Virus genome (UHGV): UHGV-0139780
Source of the DNA: a virus
Length of the DNA stretch: 49,330 nucleotides
Reading direction: 5' to 3' (one strand)
A model generated the notes under the pieces. That model searched no databases, was not told where the DNA came from, and saw only the letters and a program-made list of their open reading frames with translations. The position numbers were made by a program, and so were the translations under genes. Numbering within the stretch: the stretch's first letter is position 1; each line of letters begins with the position of its first letter. This document shows, piece by piece, positions 9,873 to 18,167 of the stretch.

Positions 9873-9978
9873 GGAGGGAACATGAGTGTTCCCTCCGATG
9901 AAGTAACAGGATGGGCGGTTGGTATTTCAACTCCATATGACTCCCGGATTCTTAGCCTCTGACCGCCCATCCTGTTAC
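9873..9978. repeat. two adjacent perfect hairpins (10-bp stem/4-nt loop; 17-bp stem/41-nt loop) in an ORF-free region
   Basis: ggagggaaca tgag tgttccctcc at 9873-9896; gtaacaggatgggcggt at 9904-9920 pairs with accgcccatcctgttac at 9962-9978. Confidence 0.6.
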
Positions 9979-10053
9979 GTCATTTTGTTCAATTATGTCG
10001 TTTATACTGGGTTAAAAAGCGGCGACGTAGCCCGGCTGGTATGGTTAGCCAGC

Positions 10054-10176
10054 ACACAACGTTGAGGCCATTACATTTTTATCAATTCTAAGGTTCTGTT
10101 CACAGAGATACCGGCGAGCGTTGATATGTAACATGTTGGGCAAACATTCAATCGGAGTAGTGGCCTCAACGTTGTG
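10054..10176. repeat. 16-bp perfect inverted repeat with about 90-nt loop upstream of the tRNA cluster
   Basis: cacaacgttgaggcca (10054-10069) and tggcctcaacgttgtg (10161-10176). Confidence 0.6.
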
Positions 10177-10440
10177 AAGACAGGATAGTTGTGTAGGTTT
10201 AACCACTGTTGCCATTGGTGCCTGTTTTCACAACAAATGATTCCATACATCACATTGTATAAATTATAAAGTAGGTGCTGTCCTCAGAAACATCATCTAC
10301 TTAAAGATTTAGCCTTCTATTGAGCGAAGTCGAAAGCGTCTGGCACTAACGTAAAGTGCAAGTAGCGGTGCGTTTCCTGGCAGAAACTAACACCGCCGCG
10401 ATTGGCACTGTTGAGTAATAAATACTGTCAGTGCTGAATT

Positions 10441-10515
10441 GATGGTGTAGCTCAGCGGCAGAGCAGTTGGCTGTTAACCAACTGGTCGGTGGTTCGAATC
10501 CACCCACCATCGCCA
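10441..10515 (+). tRNA. tRNA-Asn (anticodon GTT)
   Basis: Cloverleaf by eye: acceptor gatggtg/caccatc, anticodon loop ctGTTaa, T-loop ggttcgaatcc, encoded CCA. Confidence 0.8.
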
Positions 10516-10520
10516 ATTTA

Positions 10521-10608
10521 GGGGAGTTAGTCCGTAGAGGTAGCGGGGTAGACTGTAAATCTACTGTCATTGCGACTCGGATGGTTCGACTCCATCACTC
10601 CCCACCAA
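10521..10608 (+). tRNA. tRNA-Tyr (anticodon GTA), long variable arm
   Basis: Acceptor ggggagt/actcccc, anticodon stem-loop tagac-tGTAaat-ctact, long variable arm, T-loop ggttcgactcc, CCA. Confidence 0.8.
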
Positions 10609-10611
10609 ATT

Positions 10612-10687
10612 GCCGGTTTAGCTCAGTTGGTAGAGCAGTCGCTTTGTAAGCGAATGGCCAGCGGTTCAAGTCCGTTAACCGGCACCA
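10612..10687 (+). tRNA. tRNA-Thr (anticodon TGT)
   Basis: Acceptor gccggtt/aaccggc, D-arm gctcagttggtagagc, anticodon loop ttTGTaa, T-loop ttcaagt, CCA. Confidence 0.65.
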
Positions 10688-10695
10688 CAACAATT

Positions 10696-10782
10696 GGAGA
10701 GTAGGGAGCATGGTGCTCAAACGGTCTTGAAAACCGTCCCATTGCGCAAGCGATGATGGTTCGATTCCATTACTCTCCGCCA
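10696..10782 (+). tRNA. tRNA-Ser (anticodon TGA), long variable arm
   Basis: Acceptor ggagagt/actctcc, anticodon stem-loop acggt-ctTGAaa-accgt, long variable arm, T-loop ggttcgattcc, CCA. Confidence 0.75.
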
Positions 10783-10784
10783 GC

Positions 10785-10862
10785 CACAGCGTTGAGCGGT
10801 TTGGCCTTTTAATCACCCAGATTAAGACTCCGCTAACATAAACCAGACCGCTCAACGCTGTG
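10785..10862. repeat. 16-bp perfect inverted repeat with 46-nt loop just after the last tRNA
   Basis: cacagcgttgagcggt (10785-10800) and accgctcaacgctgtg (10847-10862); arm sequence resembles the 10054/10161 repeat. Confidence 0.6.
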
Positions 10863-10936
10863 ATAGACAATTACTGCAGACGTTCTTACCATAGCTTACT
10901 AACATCCCAGCAACTCTTCTGTCAGCGCAAAATTCA

Positions 10937-10958
10937 AAGGGGCTTCGGCCCCTTTTTT
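10937..10958 (+). terminator. rho-independent terminator
   Basis: aaggggc ttcg gcccctt followed by tttttt. Confidence 0.7.
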
Positions 10959-10998
10959 GTAACTGAAATAGTCAAATCGAACTTTGTAAGGAGAAGTA

Positions 10999-11244
10999 AT
11001 GACGATCACTATCTACGGACGAGATAACTGCTCTTACTGCAAACGTGCGGTCGAGCTGGCAAAGCAACTAAAGGGGCATGGCTGCGGTGATTATGAGTAC
11101 ATCGACATCACCACAGCCGGTATCGACAAGGAAAAACTAAGTGAAATTGTTGGTAAACCGGTAGAGACTATCCCACAGGTACTGATCGACGGCCAGCCGA
11201 TTGGCGGATACACAGAACTGGCTGCATACGTCAGCACCCTCTGA
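10999..11244 (+). CDS. glutaredoxin/NrdH-like redoxin
   Basis: 81 aa with CSYC active-site motif in a thioredoxin-fold context (ITIYGRDNCSYCKRA). Confidence 0.7.
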   Translation: MTITIYGRDNCSYCKRAVELAKQLKGHGCGDYEYIDITTAGIDKEKLSEIVGKPVETIPQVLIDGQPIGGYTELAAYVSTL

Positions 11245-11248
11245 TTTT

Positions 11249-11272
11249 AACGGCTCACAGGAGCCGTTTTTA
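11249..11272 (+). terminator. rho-independent terminator
   Basis: aacggctc acag gagccgtt followed by tttta. Confidence 0.65.
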
Positions 11273-11323
11273 TTCCCACCAAACTCACTCCCGTTTCCCT
11301 TAAAATTCAAAAAACAACGTCAA

Positions 11324-11356
11324 AATGATTCCATACCTACTATGTATGGAATCATT
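11324..11356. promoter_or_regulatory. lox/dif-like candidate recombination site: 13-bp perfect inverted arms around a 7-bp spacer
   Basis: aatgattccatac ctactat gtatggaatcatt, about 100 bp upstream of the tyrosine recombinase gene. Confidence 0.4.
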
Positions 11357-11454
11357 ACTGAAAATGAGTTACTTTTACTCTTGATCCTATAAGAATCTAT
11401 GCCTAATATACTGTTTACTTATACAGTGCAACGGCGTAACTCGGTGATTGTCAT

Positions 11455-12558
11455 ATGAAAAATAGCTTTGACAGAGCACGCGCTGCGGAGAACACCTCAA
11501 AAGAGGCGATTGAGTATCTCGAAAGAGCATCTCAAATGCAGGCCGTTATGATCTCCCAGGTCAGCAATGACATGAGATTCTCGGACGCATTCATGTTATT
11601 CACTCGCTTATCTCTGCTGATAACAAGACGTCGGCCAGAGATCGCTGTTCATTGTATTTTGATACATGTTTTGCCGCACATTGCCGACGTAAAAGTAAGT
11701 GATATTAATAGGTTCATGGTGAACCAACTGGTCAACCCACTAATACTGGATGGCAAAATTGTTATGGGCCGCCGCGTTTTCTCTCTGATGAAGCAGTTCC
11801 TCAGCTGGTGCGCCTTCCAGGGGATGATCGACGTGTCACCGTTAAACGATATGTCACTGAACAAAGTTGCCGGTGGCGCAAAGCCCACGCCTCGCGAGCG
11901 GAAGCTGACCGACGCAGAGGTATGGGTGTTCTGGAATATATGGGACTACTTCAATGTGTGCGCTGGTACAAAATGGGCGGCCAGGCTATGCCTTGTATCG
12001 GCAAGACGACCTGACGAAGTTCTGCGGGCTAAAAAAAGTGAGTTCAATCTTAAGCGTGGGGTTTGGAATCAAGGCAAGAGAAACAAGTCAGCACGTGAGC
12101 ATTCGCTGCCTTTAAGCACATTAATGCGCACATGCATTGAAGAATTGTTCGAATACGGCAAAGACAGCCAGTGGCTTGTGCCTTCGAATAAAAAAATCGG
12201 GAAAGACCTTCCTATGTCTAAAGTGGCAATAGCCCAGGCATTACGTCGTATTCTGGACCGACCAGAACTGATGGAGCTTGAGCCATTTACACCCCGAGAT
12301 TTGCGCCGTACTGCGCGTAGTTACTTCCCAGCATTAGGCATAAGCCAGGAGGTATCACGCAAAATCATGAACCACAGTCTTGAGGGGATAGATCGGGTCT
12401 ACGATCGACACGATTATATGGACGAGATGCGAGACGCCTTAGAAAGTTTCTCGACGTACATCGCATCAATCGTAGAGCAACCGGATTTAGACGAAATTGA
12501 CCACAAATTCAAGGGAGATCGTCTATCAACAGAGCTTATTCGTGTAAATTTTTCATAG
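11455..12558 (+). CDS. tyrosine site-specific recombinase (integrase/resolvase family)
   Basis: C-terminal catalytic-domain signature: ARLCLVSARRPDEV, TPRDLRRTARS, NHSLEGIDRVYDRHDY; N-terminal start uncertain. Confidence 0.6.
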   Translation: MKNSFDRARAAENTSKEAIEYLERASQMQAVMISQVSNDMRFSDAFMLFTRLSLLITRRRPEIAVHCILIHVLPHIADVKVSDINRFMVNQLVNPLILDGKIVMGRRVFSLMKQFLSWCAFQGMIDVSPLNDMSLNKVAGGAKPTPRERKLTDAEVWVFWNIWDYFNVCAGTKWAARLCLVSARRPDEVLRAKKSEFNLKRGVWNQGKRNKSAREHSLPLSTLMRTCIEELFEYGKDSQWLVPSNKKIGKDLPMSKVAIAQALRRILDRPELMELEPFTPRDLRRTARSYFPALGISQEVSRKIMNHSLEGIDRVYDRHDYMDEMRDALESFSTYIASIVEQPDLDEIDHKFKGDRLSTELIRVNFS

Positions 12559-12939
12559 AGACTTTATGGCCTCAACAACCTTTTGTGATGCGCCTTTCTC
12601 TTTACCGAATCGCTCGTTATATGCAGCAAGAACCTGTTTTTCGTCCTCGTTAAGAGGAGCGGTGCCTTCTTTGTATAAAAATGCTGCGAGTTCAGGTTGG
12701 CGTTCTTCCAGAACCATCATCATAAGGCGACTTGGCTCAATATCCAGTGCCAGCGCCAGCGGACGAACCTTATCGATAGGCAAAGGAATTTTGCCACTTT
12801 TAATTAAAGAAAGGTTGTTGGCATTTTTATAACCAATAAGTCTGGCTATTTGTGCCTGACTCATAGATGAGGATTCAATCAGCCCTGCAATAACAGCAGC
12901 ATAGCGACTTTCAATAAATTCAATTTTGTTTTCAGACAT
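12553..12939 (-). CDS. XRE-family helix-turn-helix transcriptional regulator (repressor-like)
   Basis: HTH segment SQAQIARLIGYKNANNLSLIKSGK; convergent with the recombinase gene; AT-rich intergenic region upstream. Confidence 0.6.
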   Translation of the reverse strand: MSENKIEFIESRYAAVIAGLIESSSMSQAQIARLIGYKNANNLSLIKSGKIPLPIDKVRPLALALDIEPSRLMMMVLEERQPELAAFLYKEGTAPLNEDEKQVLAAYNERFGKEKGASQKVVEAIKSL

Positions 12940-13189
12940 CGTTATAACCTTTGCGCGTTTAATTCTCTCTGGTAAGTGCTTACCGATATTACATCAAAGG
13001 TTAGGGTTGTAAAGCTATTATCATTTTTTCGGCAGGCACTTGTAAGACCGAGCAAAGGTCCATGCATGGAGAAGAACTAGCCCAAAATAGGTAAGAAAAT
13101 TAACTTGCATCTGATATAGATGTATTCAGTATTGATACAAATTTTAGTAGTATTCCTTACCATAGTATAAGTTAGAATGGATTGATTGA

Positions 13190-13402
13190 ATGAAAACCAC
13201 TATTTCCAGCCTAATCGCTCTTGAGACCGGACACGTACAGAAATTAGCTGATGAGTGTGTAGCTGACATCCTCACCGATCTTCCGAATGAGCAGATTCAG
13301 GTTGGTTTGAATGACACAACTGGCTTTATATTCGAACTTAACAACAAACGCTTCACGCTTCTCAATACCGGCTCCGGGTCTTTAGCCGTCAGAATCTGTT
13401 AA
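13190..13402 (+). CDS. hypothetical small protein, divergent from the XRE regulator
   Basis: 70-aa ORF; a 9-bp inverted repeat hairpin follows at 13415-13447. Confidence 0.3.
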   Translation: MKTTISSLIALETGHVQKLADECVADILTDLPNEQIQVGLNDTTGFIFELNNKRFTLLNTGSGSLAVRIC

Positions 13403-13500
13403 CCCCTCTTCTCCCTGCGCGAATGGCTTAGTTCCCTGTTCGCGCAGTGCTACATTAAACACACTAGTAAATAATTTGTTTTCATAACAAAGGATTAGCC

Positions 13501-15609
13501 ATGTCTAAAAAACGTTCCATCAAAGAGGTTCAGGACTTCCGTGACAGTGTAAAACGAGTAGTCGCTCTCCTTTCAGGTAAAAACATCCCTGTTGCAGAAC
13601 GAGGGGACGACGCTTATGTACGCTATAACGATGATGGAGAGCCAATTCTCGTAAACATCCCATCAATCCCGGATAACGCAACACCGGCATTGATGAATGC
13701 TGTGCGCGGATTTCTCGATCATGAGGTTGCTCACATTTTGTTTACCGATATTCGTGTGTCCAACAAAATGAGAGAAAAAGGACGCGTTCCTTCCTGGTCG
13801 CTATGGAATGCCTTAGAAGACGTGTTCATCGAGCGAAAAATGGGGCAGGTCTTTAACGGAACGAGACGTAATCTGATGGCAACTCAGCGCCTTATAATCG
13901 GAAAAGTCTTTAAACCAAAGGCTTCAGAGGCTATTGCTTATTGTGGCAAAGATCAGCGCGCGCTTTTTCTAAACTTCTTTCTCTGTCCGGTTGTAAGAGC
14001 CTGGGATGGCCAAGCACCGTTCGTAGATTTCATGGATGAATACTGGCCTGTCATTGAGAAACCAATTTCATTATTAAAAGAACATGGTATCGATGTGGCC
14101 GTGCGTAACATGTCTTGCACCGAGGATTGTGTAAAGGTGGCTGCGACCATAGCTAAGATCCTCAAAGACACTGAAAGCGAAAGCAAAGGTAAGGAGTCAG
14201 CTCCGGGAAAAACTTCCGATCCTTCAGACGCTGACCAGACGGATGCCTCTGGAGAAAACAATGAAGATAACGAAGATCATGAGACACCCTCATCGTTAGA
14301 TAATCACAAATCTATCAAATCAGAATCACACAGTAAGCACAAACATGATAATAACGACAGTAATGATTCAGATAATTCTGAATCATCAGAAACAATATTC
14401 GATGATACAGAAAATGATAAAGAGGTATCAGATTCTGATGCTTCTGATAACGCGGCGTCAGAATCATTAACCGCTGACCACGAAAAAAGAAAAACGACAG
14501 AAGACGGCTCTTCAGATATTCCAACTCCGTCAAAAATGAGTCTGGAAGAGGCTTTAGAGGAGCTGGATAGCATAGAAGATGAAGTCGGAGGCATGACAGA
14601 AGATGCTATATCCGAAACGATTAAAAGCGAGTTAACAGAAAGCTCGAAAAGCGAATACAGGCCATACAATCGCTCATACGACTTCATCGGCTCGATTGAT
14701 CAGGCAGAAGCCCATATCAAACGGCTTATTAAAACATTCTCCGATATTGATTTAGGAGGATATCCAATCAGCCGCTATCGCATCGTTCCTGAAGGCAACC
14801 AGCTCTTCGACAAATATATTGAAAAGCATCTTTCGTCAGGTGTTTCGTCGACGCTGGCAAAAGACCTGGAGCGAGCAATAGCAAGCAGAAACAGAGTTCA
14901 GTTTATACCGGGCCAGCGTCGGGGGCGCATTCATGGTTCTAGTATCTACAGATTAGCAATGAATGATGATCGCGTGTTTCGTAAAAAAGAAGAATCTAAA
15001 GCCGTTAACGCCTGTGTTCAACAAGTGATTGATTTATCAGGTTCAATGTGTGGTATAACGATACAATTGGCTCTTGCAAGTGCATATACCATCGCCGATG
15101 CCCTTGATCGAATAAATGTTCCCAACATTATCACCGGCTTCACTACATTTGGTAGTCATATGGCGGCAGGAGAACTTAAGGCTGTCAAGTATGAGTTCTC
15201 TCGCTTTGAGTCTTTAATGCTACCTATCATCAAAAATTGGAATGAAAAGGTAAATTCTCGCGAAGTTCGCTCACGTATGGGGTGCGTAGGCTACACATTC
15301 CCACTTCTTAATAACGTGGATGGTGAAAGTATAGCCAGCCTTGCATCGTTATTTTCCGGTCGCATGGAGGACAGGAAGATCATGCTTGTTCTGAGTGATG
15401 GCGCGCCGTGGGCTGTTGGGAGAGGGTTTGACGCTCATTTGCGTTCGGTTGCGAAGCAAATTGAAACGCAGACTGACATTGATTTGATGGCAATTGGCAT
15501 CATGACTGACGCACCGGAGAGATTTTACTCAAATCATGCCCTGGTAACGAGCGTTGATAGTCTTGGTTCATCTGTAGTTACTGAACTATCTCGTATCATT
15601 TTGAAGTGA
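13501..15609 (+). CDS. von Willebrand factor A domain protein (CobT-like) with central acidic Ser/Asp-rich region
   Basis: MIDAS-like DLSGSM motif in the C-terminal half; long acidic low-complexity segment; followed by an AAA+ gene. Confidence 0.6.
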   Translation: MSKKRSIKEVQDFRDSVKRVVALLSGKNIPVAERGDDAYVRYNDDGEPILVNIPSIPDNATPALMNAVRGFLDHEVAHILFTDIRVSNKMREKGRVPSWSLWNALEDVFIERKMGQVFNGTRRNLMATQRLIIGKVFKPKASEAIAYCGKDQRALFLNFFLCPVVRAWDGQAPFVDFMDEYWPVIEKPISLLKEHGIDVAVRNMSCTEDCVKVAATIAKILKDTESESKGKESAPGKTSDPSDADQTDASGENNEDNEDHETPSSLDNHKSIKSESHSKHKHDNNDSNDSDNSESSETIFDDTENDKEVSDSDASDNAASESLTADHEKRKTTEDGSSDIPTPSKMSLEEALEELDSIEDEVGGMTEDAISETIKSELTESSKSEYRPYNRSYDFIGSIDQAEAHIKRLIKTFSDIDLGGYPISRYRIVPEGNQLFDKYIEKHLSSGVSSTLAKDLERAIASRNRVQFIPGQRRGRIHGSSIYRLAMNDDRVFRKKEESKAVNACVQQVIDLSGSMCGITIQLALASAYTIADALDRINVPNIITGFTTFGSHMAAGELKAVKYEFSRFESLMLPIIKNWNEKVNSREVRSRMGCVGYTFPLLNNVDGESIASLASLFSGRMEDRKIMLVLSDGAPWAVGRGFDAHLRSVAKQIETQTDIDLMAIGIMTDAPERFYSNHALVTSVDSLGSSVVTELSRIILK

Positions 15610-15704
15610 ATAAAACAGCCTTAACGATAAGTAACCACTTACGATAGTTAATGGTATATTTATATAAGAGGTTGAACGCTCATTAGAGAACAAAGGAAAA
15701 ACGC

Positions 15705-17987
15705 ATGACGACTACTGCACTGCAAAATGAAAAAAATCCTTCTGATTACCTTGTTTGCAAGTGGTGCGGCAAATCATTTCACTATTTTAAGTCCCATGTA
15801 GCCAATGGTAATTGTGAGGGCATTCCTGAGTCAGTAAAAGATTCCGACCCTGACACCGTACTGAAAATGTACACAACGCAGTTTCCAGATGAGCCAACGC
15901 TATCGAAAAAGGCACTTGATGCAATTCAAGCTAAACGTGCCGAGCAAAAAAGCGAACTGGCCAAATCTTCTGGCGTGACCAGTAGCCCAGGCTACACAGG
16001 CACAGTTGAGTACAAGACAGATCTGGTCGCAGCTCACGAACTGCTAAACGTAACGGTGGAAGAACTCGGAACAAAACGTGGGACGCCGCTCATGGTTAGC
16101 GTCAACGTCAATACGCCGTTTCCAGAGTTCGTTCCCGAAGTGAAGAAGGGCTACGTATATGGCGACTTCGAACTGATCAAAGATATTTTCATGATGCTTG
16201 AACTTGGCATACCTGGCTATTTGTGGGGTCATGCAGGAACAGGCAAGGCCCAGCCAGTAGATACGCTAATCCCAACACCAAGAGGGATGGTGCGCTTTGG
16301 TGATTTGAAAGTTGGTGATGAGGTATTCGGATCTAACGGAAAGTCCACAAAGATAACAGGCATCTTCCCACAAGGGATTAAGCCAATTTATCGCATCACC
16401 TTTAGAGATGGTTCTAGCACACGAGCTTGCGGCGAACATCTTTGGCATATCCTACCTACACATGAATACAAGACCAAAAACGGCAAGAGCTACAAGCAAC
16501 ATGCAAAAATCAGAACGACCAAAGAAATGATTGACTTGGGAATCAGAAATTCTGGTGGTCAGTGCAAGTTCAAAGTTCCTTTAACTAAAGCTGTCGAGTG
16601 GCCCTCGCAGGAACATCTCATCCATCCCTATTTATTAGGTGCGTTAATTGGAGACGGTTACTTATTAGGGAACACGCCAGCAATGAGCGTGGGTACGGAA
16701 GACATTGATATCAAGAGAAGAATCGATTCTCTTCTTCCTGATGGTATGCGCACCAGCAAGCTCAGAAACACGAGTGAAAACGGGCGGCAATTTAATATCA
16801 TCGACTGCAAAAAGTTCCGTCAAAACAGAATGATGGATGAGATTAAACGGCTGGGTTTGAATGTGCAATCAGGGGAAAAATTTATCCCAGATGAATATCT
16901 CTTCGACTCCACTGAAAATCGCCTCGCTTTACTCCGAGGACTGATGGATACAGACGGAAGCGTGAGACAAAACCGTACAAACTTCTCCACCACGTCTGAA
17001 AAGCTGGCTGCATGTGTGAAGTTTCTTGTTCAGTCTTTAGGCGGAACTGCGATAGTAAAAGATGGAGCCGCAGAACGTCATAAGAGCGGTTACTATGCTG
17101 ATATTAACGTGAAAATGTTCATTAACCCATTTTCCGCTGATCGGAAATCCAAAAACTGGTCTCCATCTACCAAGAATCCGCCAAGCAGATTTATCACCTC
17201 TATCGAGGAAGATGGCGAGGCTGAGTGCATATGTATAAAAGTAAGCGCAGATGATGAACTGTACATCACCGAAGAGTTTATCGTTACGCACAATACAACT
17301 CTGCCTACACAGCTATGTGCTTTGCTCAATCGCCCGTTGATCCGTGCCCAACATACAGCATCAATGGAAGAGGCACATGTTACGGGGCAAATTCTGGCGC
17401 GTGATGGCTCTACGTATTTCGAACCTGGCTTGCTTGCGCTCGCAATGAAGCATGGCTGGGTTTACCTCGCGGATGAATACGACTTTGCGTTTCCACAAAT
17501 TCTTGGCGTGTATCAGCCAGTGCTGGAAGGTGAAGCGTTGGTCATCAAAGAGGCGACTCCAGAATGGCGTCGCATTACTCCGCATGAACGGTTTGCTTTC
17601 ATTGGCACTGGCAACACGAACGGATCTGGTGATGAAACCGGCTTGTACCAGGGTACAAACATCCAGAACGCCGCGAACTTTTCGCGTTTTGGCATCGTTT
17701 CGAATGTGAAATACATGAGCAAAGAGGCAGAGATCAACATGTTGATAAATGCCGGCATTGTGGATGAATACGCTGAAAAGATGGTTAAGTTTGCCGGTAT
17801 CGTTCGCGATGGATACGAAGAACACAATATTAGCCAACCAATTGGGCCTCGTGAGCTTTTGTTGTCGGCCAAGATTGGAATGATGCGAGGCGATTTTGTG
17901 ACAGGTATTGAGCGTTCTTTCATTAACAAACTCCCTTCAGCTTCTGCGCAAGCGGCACGTGAAGTTGTTCAAAAAATATTTGGTTAA
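15705..17987 (+). CDS. AAA+ ATPase (CobS/MoxR-like) interrupted by an intein
   Basis: Walker A GHAGTGK is split from the TTLPTQL continuation by 349 aa carrying two LAGLIDADG-like motifs and a terminal HN. Confidence 0.6.
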   Translation: MTTTALQNEKNPSDYLVCKWCGKSFHYFKSHVANGNCEGIPESVKDSDPDTVLKMYTTQFPDEPTLSKKALDAIQAKRAEQKSELAKSSGVTSSPGYTGTVEYKTDLVAAHELLNVTVEELGTKRGTPLMVSVNVNTPFPEFVPEVKKGYVYGDFELIKDIFMMLELGIPGYLWGHAGTGKAQPVDTLIPTPRGMVRFGDLKVGDEVFGSNGKSTKITGIFPQGIKPIYRITFRDGSSTRACGEHLWHILPTHEYKTKNGKSYKQHAKIRTTKEMIDLGIRNSGGQCKFKVPLTKAVEWPSQEHLIHPYLLGALIGDGYLLGNTPAMSVGTEDIDIKRRIDSLLPDGMRTSKLRNTSENGRQFNIIDCKKFRQNRMMDEIKRLGLNVQSGEKFIPDEYLFDSTENRLALLRGLMDTDGSVRQNRTNFSTTSEKLAACVKFLVQSLGGTAIVKDGAAERHKSGYYADINVKMFINPFSADRKSKNWSPSTKNPPSRFITSIEEDGEAECICIKVSADDELYITEEFIVTHNTTLPTQLCALLNRPLIRAQHTASMEEAHVTGQILARDGSTYFEPGLLALAMKHGWVYLADEYDFAFPQILGVYQPVLEGEALVIKEATPEWRRITPHERFAFIGTGNTNGSGDETGLYQGTNIQNAANFSRFGIVSNVKYMSKEAEINMLINAGIVDEYAEKMVKFAGIVRDGYEEHNISQPIGPRELLLSAKIGMMRGDFVTGIERSFINKLPSASAQAAREVVQKIFG
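16248..17294 (+). mobile_element. intein with LAGLIDADG homing-endonuclease domain inside the AAA+ ATPase P-loop
   Basis: LLGALIGDGYL and LLRGLMDTDGSV blocks; ends ...VTHN with Thr as +1 residue; N-terminal residue Ala (non-canonical); excision restores GHAGTGKTTL. Confidence 0.6.
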
Positions 17988-18167
17988 TCGTGCGTAAAGG
18001 ATGTTTCGGCTCTCTTATCGCTGCTTCTGAAACTGGTAAGGCTTGTCTGGTATGTCCAGACAAGCCCGATTGTCACCAATCAGCAAAAGAAGTTGCGATT
18101 TCGATGCATGGGAAGTTCGTAGGCTTCCCCAATGACAAAATCAAAAAAACCAGAAAGGTAAAAACAC

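Noticed and set aside
9686-9970. Minus-strand 94-aa ORF in the hairpin region upstream of the tRNAs
   Set aside because: It spans two perfect long palindromes, has low-complexity composition and no RBS; more likely structured non-coding DNA.
10346-10870. Three track ORFs (10346..10570 -, 10467..10649 +, 10595..10870 -) over the tRNA cluster
   Set aside because: They are read through tRNA genes; tRNA cloverleaves explain the sequence.
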